A stretch of DNA of 63,951 nt from contig NIVC01004025.1 of the NCBI GenBank assembly GCA_002269645.1, positions 1-63,951 on the forward strand. Reading direction: 5' to 3'. Positions 42,729 through 55,688 of this stretch are shown one piece after another (position 1 is the first letter of the stretch; each line of letters begins with the position of its first letter). Under the pieces are notes generated by a model. That model searched no databases and had not been told where the DNA came from. It worked only from the letters and a program-made list of their open reading frames with translations. The translations under genes were made by a program, and so were the position numbers. Source of the DNA: Macrostomum lignano (lineage: Eukaryota).

Positions 42729-43054
42729 TCTCTGCAGTCAAATATTTGATGAAAAAATGAAGTTTATCCCTGCGAGTTTCCAAGAAACGATTGTCTTGCA
42801 CGCGATCGCCGATCAATCGATTCTAATAAACTTCGAAGCTCTCGAGATGACAACGCGTTTTGAAAGTCAATTCGTAGCCTTATGGTTGCAAATGCGAATT
42901 GGCTAATCTAGATGTGGTCGAGTTGGTCGATTTCTACGAATACTGCTATATGAAACACACTTTCTTGTCTTCTTCTTTTCTTCTTTCTTCTTTTCGATTG
43001 GCTGATAACGGTGGGAAAGAAATGCTTTCTCTGGAGAGAGTTCTTCTGTAGTCT

Positions 43055-43700
43055 CAGAGACAGGCATCAGCTATGCTCAGAGACAGACACCAGCTATGCT
43101 CAGAGACATCAGCTATGCTCAGAGACAGGCATCAGCTATGCTCAGAGACAGACATCAGCTATGCTCAGAGACATCAGCTATGCTCAGAGACAGGCATCAG
43201 CTATGCTCAGAGACAGGCATAAAGCTATGCTCAGAGACAGGCATCAGCTATGCTCAGAGACATCAGCTATGCTCAGAGACAGGCATCAGCAATGCTCAGA
43301 GACAGACACCAGCTATGCTCAGAGACAGACACCAGCTATGCTCAGAGACAGACACCAGCTATGCTCAGAGACAGGCATCAGCTATGCTCAGAGACAGACA
43401 CCAGCTATGCTCAGAGACATCAGCTATGCTCAGAGACAGGCATCAGCTATGCTCAGAGACAGACACCAGCTATGCTCAGAGACATCAGCTATGCTCAGAC
43501 AGGCATCAGCTATGCTCAGAGACAGACACCAGCTATGCTCAGAGACATCAGCTATGCTCAGACAGGCATCAGCTATGCTCAGAGACAGACACCAGCTATG
43601 CTCAGAGACATCAGCTATGCTCAGAGACATCAGCTATGCTCAGACAGGCATCAGCTATGCTCAGAGACAGACACCAGCTATGCTCAGAGACATCAGCTAC
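43055..43700. repeat. 20-26-bp minisatellite built on CAGCTATGCTCAGAGA
   Basis: Direct reading. Confidence 0.93.
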
Positions 43701-44184
43701 ATTTTTCTTGTCTGCCAACGCAGCTCCTCATAGTTTCTTGAGCGAGTAGGTTTTCCGTCTTAGTTTAAGTCCTGCGTTTTTCAAATGCTTGTTCATCAAA
43801 ATCACTACGGATCAGAAAGACAGGAATGACGGCCTTTCAACCAGGACTGCTTTTATTCCTCGCGTGTGGAACTATACCGACTAAAAATATCAATCTTTGA
43901 TCCCTTCGGGAAATATTACTTCGCGCTAATCTCTTCGGTCTCTCAATTCGAAAGCATTGCAATAGCTTCATAATAATCCTTTTATATCCTTGAGCCATTC
44001 TGAAATCACGCGCTCGAAGGACAAAGGAAAATATTGAATAAAGATGAAAAAATAAAACGACTGATGCTGCAGGAAGAATTCAATTATTTCACTCGAGATG
44101 ACTGTATGTACTTTTGCCATGACTGAGTTGATTAATTTCAATTCCTTAACTAGCTTTCGAGCGTAAACAGATATTGTACAGACT

Positions 44185-45620
44185 CCATAGTGACTGAGTG
44201 CTCAGCTGAGTGCTCAACCCTATAGTGAATGAGTGTTCAGCTGAGTGCTCAACCCTATAGTGAATGAGTGCTCAACCCTATAGTGACTGAGTGCTCAGCT
44301 GAGTGCTCAACCCTATAGTGAATGAGTGCTCAGCTGAGTGCTCAACCCTATAGTGAATGAGTGCTCAACCCTATAGTGACTGAGTGCTCAGCTGAGTGCT
44401 CAACCCTATAGTGAATGAGTGCTGAGCTGTGTGCTCACTCCATAGTGACTGAGTGCTCAGTTGTGTGCTCAACCCTATAGTGACTGAGTGCTCAGCTGTG
44501 TGCTCAACCCTATAGTGACTGAGTGCTCAGCTGAGTGCTCAACCCTATAGTGACTGAGTGCTCAGCTGTGTGCTCACTCCATAGTGACTGAGTGCTCAGC
44601 TGTGTGCTCACTCCATAGTGACTGAGTGCTCAGTTGTGTGCTCAACCCTATAGTGACTGAGTGCTCAGCTGTGTGCTCACTCCATAGTGACTGAGTGCTC
44701 AGTTGTGTGCTCAACCCTATAGTGACTGAGTGCTCAGCTGTGTGCTCACTCCATAGTGACTGAGTGCTCAGCTGTGTGCTCACTCCATAGTGACTGAGTG
44801 CTCAGTTGTGTGCTCAACCCTATAGTGACTGAGTGCTCAGCTGTGTGCTCAACCCTATAGTGACTGAGTGCTCAGCTGTGTGCTCACTCCATAGTGACTG
44901 AGTGCTCAGCTGTGTGCTCACTCCATAGTGACTGAGTGCTCAACTGTGTGCTCACTCCATAGTGACTGAGTGCTCCGCTGTGTGCTCAACCCTATAGTGA
45001 CTGAGTGCTCAGCTGTGTGCTCAACACTATAGTGACCGAGTGCTCAACTGTGTGCTCAACCCTATAGTGACCGAGCGCTCAACTGTGTGCTCAACCCTAT
45101 AGTGACCGAGCGCTCAACTGTGTGCTCAACCCTATAGTGACCGAGTGCTCAACTGTGTGCTCAACCCTATAGTGACCGAGTGCTCAACTGTGTGCTCAAC
45201 CCTATAGTGACCGAGTGCTCAACTGTGTGCTCAACCCTATAGTGACCGAGTGCTCAACTGTGTGCTCAACCCTATAGTGACCGAGTGCTCAACTGTGTTC
45301 TCAACCCTATAGTGACCGAGTGCTCAACTGTGTGCTCAACCCTATAGTGACCGAGTGCTCAGCTGTGTGCTCAACCCTATAGTGACCGAGTGCTCAACTG
45401 TGTTCTCAACCCTATAGTGACCGAGTGCTCAGCTGTGTGCTTAACCCTATAGTGACCGAGTGCTCAGCTGTGTGCTCAACCCTATAGTGACCGAGTGCTC
45501 AACTGTGTGCTCAACCCTATAGTGACCGAGCGCTCAACTGTGTGCTCAACCTTATAGTGACCGAGCGCTCAACTGTGTGCTCAACCCTATAATGACCGAG
45601 TGCTCAACTGTGTGCTCATA
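44185..45620. repeat. 35-bp minisatellite (CTATAGTGACTGAGTGCTCAGCTGTGTGCTCAACC)n
   Basis: About 40 copies with a variant gradient along the array. Confidence 0.96.
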
Positions 45621-46169
45621 CATTTACTAAAGCAGTTTATGATGCATGTATGTAAGTCATTATAGGACGCAAAGAAAGTCGTGAAACCAGCGGTACATGC
45701 ATTTATTGACGCTAGTCCTTGAACCCCGTCGGAGGATTCAACCAATAGAAACACAATGAGCGTGTATATTTCGAAATAGTCGAAAAAATAATTGCAATAA
45801 TTAGCAATTTCAAGTAAGCGAGATCCAGAGAGCGGGCAAGCGGCTCTAGGCTTCATTACAAATAAGCCACACATGCATAGGGGGATGGAGAGGCAGGCTC
45901 AAAGCCACCCCCAGCGGCACCAACCCCCCCCCTCTCAGCAGCCAATCACAGTGCAGAGCCCGAGAATCAGATGGCAAGATAATTAATCGAACGCATGGGC
46001 GAGTCAGGCGAGTCAGGAAGATAGGAGATGAGACGTATGGGCACAACTTTCAGCAAGCGGTAAAATTGAATGTAAAATGGAATATTCTGGTTTGTGTTTT
46101 TTTTAAAAAACATGGAATGATTTTGTTTAATCGCATTGCGAATAAGCACAGAAAAAAGGAAGGATAAAA

Positions 46170-46685
46170 AGACAGACGGACAGACACTAAGGCACGAGAC
46201 AGACTGAGACAGACATACAGACAGACAGACCGGCAGCCAGACACTAAGACAGACAGACAGACAGGCAGACAACAGACAGACAGACAGACAGGCAGACAGA
46301 CAGGCAGACAGACAGACAGGCAGACACACAGACAGACAGACAGACAGACAGACACTAAGGCACTAGGACAGACAGACAGACCGACAGACGGACAGACAGA
46401 CTGACAGACACAGAACGACAGACAGACAGACAGACAGACAGGCAGGAAGGCAGGCAGACAGACAGACAGGCAGACAGACAGACACACACAGACAGACAGG
46501 CAGACAGACAGGCAGACAGACAGACCGACAGACACACACAGACAGACAGACAGACACTAAGGCACTAGGACAGACAGACAGACGGACAGACAGACGGACA
46601 GGCAGGCAGGCAGGCAGACAAACAAACAGACAGACCGACAGACACACAGAACGACAGACACAGTCAGTCAGACAGACAGACAGAT
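46170..46685. repeat. Degenerate (GACA)n microsatellite
   Basis: Direct reading; starts ~40 bp beyond the stop codon of the TNFR-like gene. Confidence 0.93.
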
Positions 46686-46724
46686 GCATGTTCATCAGTT
46701 ATCAGCCTAAAAAAGGCTGTCCCA

Positions 46725-47204
46725 TCAAACAGTAGTAGTTTTCCAACGATTCCTGCAACCCAAGCGCCATCTTCTCAGAAAGGCGGCGTTCGGAAGTACA
46801 ATGTAGAAAACCGCAAGGCCAGTGGCGCAGCCTAAAACGTACGAGAATGTAGCAATTTTATATGGTTGAATGGCCTCGCTACAGTCATTCTGGACAGCGC
46901 CTGCGCTAGGGTTGGCTGCAGACGCAGCCACACTACTAGCAGGGGCAGTAGTAGTTGCGGATTCGACAGCCGCTTTAGATTGTTCCCAGAAATCTGAGCA
47001 AGCGGACTTAATTAACGGCCTGTCGCACCTGGCTGCCCAGGCTTTGCCAAAGTCGCCGCGGCACTGCGATTGACTTGGGCAGTCCTTGCAATTGTTGGCT
47101 CCCTCGCTGTCGCGATACTGGCCAGGGGGGCAGGCAGGCAGGGGAACTGCCAGCATGGGCAGCACCAGCGCCAATGTTGTTAAAAGGACCAACTGCAGCT
47201 GCAT
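46725..47204 (-). CDS. 159-aa single-pass membrane protein with one TNFR-type cysteine-rich domain (TNF receptor superfamily-like)
   Basis: True ATG; signal peptide MQLQLVLLTTLALVLPMLA; CPPGQYRDSEGANNCKDCPSQSQC...C...C (6 Cys); Ser/Thr/Ala stalk; TM IATFSYVLGCATGLAVFYIVL; basic juxtamembrane RRWRL; non-repetitive. Confidence 0.78.
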   Translation of the reverse strand: MQLQLVLLTTLALVLPMLAVPLPACPPGQYRDSEGANNCKDCPSQSQCRGDFGKAWAARCDRPLIKSACSDFWEQSKAAVESATTTAPASSVAASAANPSAGAVQNDCSEAIQPYKIATFSYVLGCATGLAVFYIVLPNAAFLRRWRLGCRNRWKTTTV

Positions 47205-47317
47205 GAAGGTGGGTGACTGAAATTTGATGGAGACTGTCTATGAATGCTTTTTTCCTGTGTCTGTTTGTCATAGTTTCCGCATTAGTATCTGCCAGTCTAT
47301 CTGCCCACCTGCCTTGA

Positions 47318-47348
<31 letters not shown>

Positions 47349-49805
47349 TGCATTAGGCATTTCTTGGGACAAGCGTGTATAAACTGACCCGTGCTATTAG
47401 GACCAAAAATGTGTTGGGCCAGGCCCAATAAGTGCGTCCCGACACTTCCAAAAATGAATTCTATTGAAATGAAAAAATATTCATTGGAACCGTCTTTCGA
47501 TTCTCCTTCCAAAAATCAATGTCATTTTTTCATATTTTTAATCAAACACGGGGAATCTAATGATTTGCAGTGTCCTAAGAAGTTTAAAAAATTATGCGAA
47601 CTGATGGTCTGATCCAACAGAACAATTGGGTCTCAAATCGGAATTCTCGTTTTATTACAATATTTCTTACAATATCAAGAAAGTCTACTACAAGTAACAG
47701 ATAGAGGTTCTCCACAGGGCTGCCAATCGACACTTGAAAGGATCCTGACATTTGGCATCGTGTTTACTATAAAATATGAAATAATTTAATAAAGATTTAG
47801 AATATTACAATTAAGCATACAAACCTTATAGATTTAGTATATTTAGATTTTTGCATAGAAACAGCTAGCATCTAAATTCATTAGCTTCCAATTTCACTTA
47901 TACACGAAACATGGCAAATTAAGGTTACATCCGCCTGTGCCCTCGGCCATTTTAACTGAAATTCTCGTTTTCAGTCAGCTGCATTAATCTATTTGTCATA
48001 TGTGAATGGGTATTAACTGACTCAAGTTAGTGACTGGAGGCCATTAACGTAAAGTGACACTTTGAGTGAGGTAGTTTTCCGGTGGAAATTCTCAGTCTTA
48101 TGAAGCGCTTTTAGAGCAAAGAAATAAAGGGCAAAGAAAAACTTTGCATTTCCCGAGAAAACCAAGGACGAGTATTAAAGGGAAACGTTTAATCTCTAAG
48201 GCTTTAAATGACTTCCTTATTGGCCTGGGTTTGGGCAGCTATACTATGTAGCAAAATGTTTTCTAGAATTGTGATAATTATCGTCTGGTATACTGAAATG
48301 TACTGAGATACGAAGAAACTTAGATGACTGCATGGACTGCTAGCACATGTTTGAGTGTCACTGTCACTGTAAAGTCTAAATCGATGACTAGTTGGCCCAA
48401 AACTAACTACTAGGCCTTCCTGAAAAACAATTCTGCTTATCTTGGATCGTAAAGATAAACCCACGTACAGAGCAGAAGTGTTAGGACAAGCGTGTACAAG
48501 ACCCAGGCAATCCCTTACCCAGGCCACGTGTACATTCCTATCGCGGCGGGGGGAAGCGGGGAGGAGAGGCGGGCGCAAGGGAGTCAGGATAAAGTTTACA
48601 CTGAAGTTGAGGCCTACAAGAGGAAGAGCCAATTCTAACGGAAAGGTACATGTAGAAGTTCCCTTTGACAAACGGCGTACTGCATATGTTCAAACGAATA
48701 TAATTCATTTACGAGACCTGCACTACACAGACAAAATGTGCCACGTCACAAGAGTTTCCATGCATGACCTGGCATGAAAAGACTTGGCTAGGAACCATTA
48801 CACATATGTAAGTAGAATTTAAAATTCTTTTTAAAATTTTATGATTAAATAAAAACTTAACCGGAATTTACATATGTACTTTTCTAAAATTCCAGATACG
48901 TTGATATCGATAAGCTACCGTTTTCTTCTATAACAAACAGATTGGCCTTCATTGTCAAGTAAGTCTTGTCTCGTACTCGTATATGTCGTATTTTTTGTAC
49001 GTTGAAAAAAATAATAAGCAGCCTAGTAATACTCTGAGCTCAGTGAAATATAAGAGAGGCGGCACGATCACCTTATTTATCAATTAATTTACAACAGCCA
49101 GTTGAGCAATCATAAGTAGGCAAAATTTACACTTCTAGGAAGAACAAATTTTACTAAAAGTTTCAATCAAAACATTTAGGAAAGAAATCTCGCATGACAC
49201 ATCGCCCACAGTACTAGAGACTTGGAGAAATACCATGTGAGTTTGCTGGGCAACTAATATAATATATTACTGTTATAATTCGATAGTCAAATTATTTTTC
49301 TACTCAAAGCAGTATTATTACATAACTAAAGAACAGTATAAAATGACAGCATTCTAGAACGAGAAACAAAGCTTACTGCAAAGGCAAACGCCAAAAGAAA
49401 AGCAGGGCAGAGTCAGCAACAAAAAAGAAGCTCATCTGATTGGGAAGATGAGCGGTCAGCAAAGAGATAGGATCTCAGAAAATTGCAACTCCCAGTAACT
49501 GAAACTTAATTGCAATAAGTGTTTTGTTTTCTAGGGCATTATTAAAACAAGCAAGCCTGCCTGCAGTCAGCTAAGGGCAAAGTAAGTTGCTGCGGCACTA
49601 TCGAGAAAGTGAAATTTGTACTCCATCTAACTGACACAAGCAGCACCGTTGGGACAAACTACGAATATTTTAATTGTACAGACATTTACAGCATTTATAC
49701 AGCATTTATACAGCATTTATTAGAACAGCGACATTTAAATCTGTTTTCAAACAAATCAGACAGATTTCTCAATAAGTGATTTTTCTTTTGTGCGCCCACG
49801 CACAG

Positions 49806-49991
49806 GTTCGTCCGCATTCAAACTCGCCGCTGCATCCGTCATTTATTTCAATTGCTGCTCACAAGCCGCAGCAGCAGCAGCAGCAGCAGCCGCTATCCGT
49901 GCAGGCAGTCAGTCTATTTGTGAATTTTCTGGTGGATCTGAAGAAAACCCGTCCGGCACAGGATTAAAGAGAAAGAGACGATCTGTTTTGG
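49806..49991 (+). other. Putative first array exon (186 nt, phase 1-1, open frame GSSAFKLAAASVIYFNCCSQ(A)10IRAG...KRKRRSVLG)
   Basis: Own acceptor ccacgcacag|GT and donor TTG G|GTGAGT; length divisible by 3. Confidence 0.55.
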
Positions 49992-50378
49992 GTGAGTATT
50001 ATCTGCTGTAGAAGTATTGTACACCAGAGTACTTGTGTTACTTGGTAGAGCACAATTCAAAAGCAATGCAACAATCTCAGTGGCATTGTTGGGACACAAG
50101 CTACAAACGCAATGAATAGTAAACACAGCCCAGCATAGCTCAAGGGTAGTAATTTGTTGGGCATTTATTGGGACATTGCAGCCAGGCCTATTTTTTGAAC
50201 AGCATTTGTTGGGTCGCACTTATTGGGACAATACTGATTCTAATCGCGACTACTTCTGAGTTCTGACTTTTCAAAACAGACCCAGCATTAGTTGAACACG
50301 TTCTATTAAAGGGTTCCTTTATAGCCTATTAATGATTACTAAAGCAAGCCTATCTTAATTGATTTCTTTTCCTCGCAG

Positions 50379-50500
50379 ATTCTGAAGTCAGCCACGCCAG
50401 CGACATGCCTAAGAGACAAGAATGCGCTTTAACGATCAGCAGCGAGCATTCTGATCTCGCCGCTGCATCCGTCATTTGGTTCACTTGCTGCTCACAAGCC

Positions 50501-50560
<60 letters not shown>

Positions 50561-50660
50561 GCTATCCGTGCAGGCAGTCAGTCTATTTGTGAATTTTCTG
50601 GTGGATCTGAAGAAAACCCGTCCGGCACAGGATTAAAGAGAAAGAGACGATCTGTTTTGG
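50379..50660 (+). other. Representative repeated putative exon (282 nt, phase 1-1)
   Basis: Acceptor ttaattgatttcttttcctcgcag|AT and donor TTG G|GTGAGT; open frame DSEVSHASDMPKRQEC...CCSQ(A)22IRAGSQSICEFSGGSEENPSGTGLKRKRRSVLG; coding status unproven. Confidence 0.55.
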
Positions 50661-51169
50661 GTGAGTATTATCTGCTGTAGAAGTATTGTACACCAGAGTA
50701 CTTGTGTTACTTGGTAGAGCACAATTCAAAAGCAATGCAACAATCTCAGTGGCATTGTTGGGACACAAGCTACAAACGCAATGAATAGTAAACACAGCCC
50801 AGCATAGCTCAAGGCTAGTAATTTGTTGGGCATTTATTGGGACATTGCAGCCAGGCCTATTTTTTGAACAGCATTTGTTGGGTCGCACTTATTGGGACAA
50901 TACTGATTCTAATCGCGACTACTTCTGAGTTCTGACTTTTCAAAACAGACCCAGCATTAGTTGAACACGTTCTATTAAAGGGTTCCTTTATAGCCTATTA
51001 ATGATTACTAAAGCAAGCCTATCTTAATTGATTTCTTTTCCTCGCAGATTCTGAAGTCAGCCACGCCAGCGACATGCCTAAGAGACAAGAATGCGCTTTA
51101 ACGATCAGCAGCGAGCATTCTGATCTCGCCGCTGCATCCGTCATTTGGTTCACTTGCTGCTCACAAGCC

Positions 51170-51211
<42 letters not shown>

Positions 51212-52453
51212 GCTATCCGTGCAGGCAGTCAGTCTATTTGTGAATTTTCTGGTGGATCTGAAGAAAACCCGTCCGGCACAGGATTAAAGAGAAAGAGACG
51301 ATCTGTTTTGGGTGAGTATTATCTGCTGTAGAAGTATTGTACACCAGAGTACTTGTGTTACCTGGTAGAGCACAATTCAAAAGCAATGCAACAATCTCAG
51401 TGGCATTGTTGGGACACAAGCTACAAACGCAATGAATAGTAAACACAGCCCAGCCTAGCTCAAGGCTAGTAATTTGTTGGGCATTTATTGGGACATTGCA
51501 GCCAGGCCTATTTTTTGAACAGCATTTGTTGGGTCGCACTTATTGGGACAATACTGATTCTAATCGCGACTACTTCTGAGTTCTGACTTTTCAAAACAGA
51601 CCCAGCATTAGTTGAACACGTTCTATTAAAGGGTTCCTTTATAGCCTATTAATGATTACTAAAGCAAGCCTATCTTAATTGATTTCTTTTCCTCGCAGAT
51701 TCTGAAGTCAGCAACGCCAGCGACATGCCTAAGAGACAAGAATGCGCTTTAACGATCAGCAGCGAGCATTCTGATCTCGCCGCTGCATCCGTCATTTGGT
51801 TCACTTGCTGCTCACAAGCCGCAGCAGCAGCAGCAGCAGCAGCCGCTATCCGTGCAGGCAGTCAGTCTATTTGTGAATTTTCTGGTGGATCTGAAGAAAA
51901 CCCGTCCGGCACAGGATTAAAGAGAAAGAGACGATCTGTTTTGGGTGAGTATTATCTGCTGTAGAAGTATTGTACACCAGAGTACTTGTGTTACTTGGTA
52001 GAGCACAATTCAAAAGCAATGCAACAATCTCAGTGGCATTGTTGGGACACAAGCTACAAACGCAATGAATAGTAAACACAGCCCAGCCTAGCTCAAGGCT
52101 AGTAATTTGTTGGGCATTTATTGGGACATTGCAGCCAGGCCTATTTTTTGAACAGCATTTGTTGGGTCGCACTTATTGGGACAATACTGATTCTAATCGC
52201 GACTACTTCTGAGTTCTGACTTTTCAAAACAGACCCAGCATTAGTTGAACACGTTCTATTAAAGGGTTCCTTTATAGCCTATTAATGATTACTAAAGCAA
52301 GCCTATCTTAATTGATTTCTTTTCCTCGCAGATTCTGAAGTCAGCCACGCCAGCGACATGCCTAAGAGACAAGAATGCGCTTTAACGATCAGCAGCGAGC
52401 ATTCTGATCTCGCCGCTGCATCCGTCATTTGGTTCACTTGCTGCTCACAAGCC

Positions 52454-52537
<84 letters not shown>

Positions 52538-53095
52538 CGCTATCCGTGCAGGCAGTCAGTTAAAGAGAAAGAGACGATCTGTTTTGGGTGAGTATTATCT
52601 GCTGTAGAAGTATTGTACACCAGAGTACTTGTGTTACTTGGTAGAGCACAATTCAAAAGCAATGCAACAATCTCAGTGGCATTGTTGGGACACAAGCTAC
52701 AAACGCAATGAATAGTAAACACAGCCCAGCTAGCTCAAGGCTAGTAATTTGTTGGGCATTTATTGGGACATTGCAGCCAGGCCTATTTTTTGAACAGCAT
52801 TTGTTGGGTCGCACTTATTGGGACAATACTGATTCTAATCGCGACTACTTCTGAGTTCTGACTTTTCAAAACAGACCCAGCATTAGTTGAACACGTTCTA
52901 TTAAAGGGTTCCTTTATAGCCTATTAATGATTACTAAAGCAAGCCTATCTTAATTGATTTCTTTTCCTCGCAGATTCTGAAGTCAGCCACGCCAGCGACA
53001 TGCCTAAGAGACAAGAATGCGCTTTAACGATCAGCAGCGAGCATTCTGATCTCGCCGCTGCATCCGTCATTTGGTTCACTTGCTGCTCACAAGCC

Positions 53096-53137
<42 letters not shown>

Positions 53138-54378
53138 GCTATCCGTGCAGGCAGTCAGTCTATTTGTGAATTTTCTGGTGGATCTGAAGAAAACCCGTCC
53201 GGCACAGGATTAAAGAGAAAGAGACGATCTGTTTTGGGTGAGTATTATCTGCTGTAGAAGTATTGTACACCAGAGTACTTGTGTTACTGGTAGAGCACAA
53301 TTCAAAAGCAATGCAACAATCTCAGTGGCATTGTTGGGACACAAGCTACAAACGCAATGAATAGTAAACACAGCCCAGCCTAGCTCAAGGCTAGTAATTT
53401 GTTGGGCATTTATTGGGACATTGCAGCCAGGCCTATTTTTTGAACAGCATTTGTTGGGTCGCACTTATTGGGACAATACTGATTCTAATCGCGACTACTT
53501 CTGAGTTCTGACTTTTCAAAACAGACCCAGCATTAGTTGAACACGTTCTATTAAAGGGTTCCTTTATAGCCTATTAATGATTACTAAAGCAAGCCTATCT
53601 TAATTGATTTCTTTTCCTCGCAGATTCTGAAGTCAGCAACGCCAGCGACATGCCTAAGAGACAAGAATGCGCTTTAACGATCAGCAGCGAGCATTCTGAT
53701 CTCGCCGCTGCATCCGTCATTTGGTTCACTTGCTGCTCACAAGCCGCAGCAGCAGCAGCAGCAGCAGCCGCTATCCGTGCAGGCAGTCAGTCTATTTGTG
53801 AATTTTCTGGTGGATCTGAAGAAAACCCGTCCGGCACAGGATTAAAGAGAAAGAGACGATCTGTTTTGGGTGAGTATTATCTGCTGTAGAAGTATTGTAC
53901 ACCAGAGTACTTGTGTTACTTGGTAGAGCACAATTCAAAAGCAATGCAACAATCTCAGTGGCATTGTTGGGACACAAGCTACAAACGCAATGAATAGTAA
54001 ACACAGCCCAGCCTAGCTCAAGGCTAGTAATTTGTTGGGCATTTATTGGGACATTGCAGCCAGGCCTATTTTTTGAACAGCATTTGTTGGGTCGCACTTA
54101 TTGGGACAATACTGATTCTAATCGCGACTACTTCTGAGTTCTGACTTTTCAAAACAGACCCAGCATTAGTTGAACACGTTCTATTAAAGGGTTCCTTTAT
54201 AGCCTATTAATGATTACTAAAGCAAGCCTATCTTAATTGATTTCTTTTCCTCGCAGATTCTGAAGTCAGCCACGCCAGCGACATGCCTAAGAGACAAGAA
54301 TGCGCTTTAACGATCAGCAGCGAGCATTCTGATCTCGCCGCTGCATCCGTCATTTGGTTCACTTGCTGCTCACAAGCC

Positions 54379-54417
<39 letters not shown>

Positions 54418-55656
54418 GCTATCCGTGCAGGCAGTCAGTCTATTTGTGAATTTTCTGGTGGATCTGAAGAAAACCCGTCCGGCACAGGATTAAAGAGAAA
54501 GAGACGATCTGTTTTGGGTGAGTATTATCTGCTGTAGAAGTATTGTACACCAGAGTACTTGTGTTACTGGTAGAGCACAATTCAAAAGCAATGCAACAAT
54601 CTCAGTGGCATTGTTGGGACACAAGCTACAAACGCAATGAATAGTAAACACAGCCCAGCCTAGCTCAAGGCTAGTAATTTGTTGGGCATTTATTGGGACA
54701 TTGCAGCCAGGCCTATTTTTTGAACAGCATTTGTTGGGTCGCACTTATTGGGACAATACTGATTCTAATCGCGACTACTTCTGAGTTCTGACTTTTCAAA
54801 ACAGACCCAGCATTAGTTGAACACGTTCTATTAAAGGGTTCCTTTATAGCCTATTAATGATTACTAAAGCAAGCCTATCTTAATTGATTTCTTTTCCTCG
54901 CAGATTCTGAAGTCAGCAACGCCAGCGACATGCCTAAGAGACAAGAATGCGCTTTAACGATCAGCAGCGAGCATTCTGATCTCGCCGCTGCATCCGTCAT
55001 TTGGTTCACTTGCTGCTCACAAGCCGCAGCAGCAGCAGCAGCAGCCGCTATCCGTGCAGGCAGTCAGTCTATTTGTGAATTTTCTGGTGGATCTGAAGAA
55101 AACCCGTCCGGCACAGGATTAAAGAGAAAGAGACGATCTGTTTTGGGTGAGTATTATCTGCTGTAGAAGTATTGTACACCAGAGTACTTGTGTTACTTGG
55201 TAGAGCACAATTCAAAAGCAATGCAACAATCTCAGTGGCATTGTTGGGACACAAGCTACAAACGCAATGAATAGTAAACACAGCCCAGCCTAGCTCAAGG
55301 CTAGTAATTTGTTGGGCATTTATTGGGACATTGCAGCCAGGCCTATTTTTTGAACAGCATTTGTTGGGTCGCACTTATTGGGACAATACTGATTCTAATC
55401 GCGACTACTTCTGAGTTCTGACTTTTCAAAACAGACCCAGCATTAGTTGAACACGTTCTATTAAAGGGTTCCTTTATAGCCTATTAATGATTACTAAAGC
55501 AAGCCTATCTTAATTGATTTCTTTTCCTCGCAGATTCTGAAGTCAGCCACGCCAGCGACATGCCTAAGAGACAAGAATGCGCTTTAACGATCAGCAGCGA
55601 GCATTCTGATCTCGCCGCTGCATCCGTCATTTGGTTCACTTGCTGCTCACAAGCGC

Positions 55657-55688
<32 letters not shown>

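Noticed and set aside
48442-48777. 111-aa plus-strand ORF as a gene
   Set aside because: No recognisable domain; overlapped by an equally long antisense ORF; cannot be linked in frame to downstream exons
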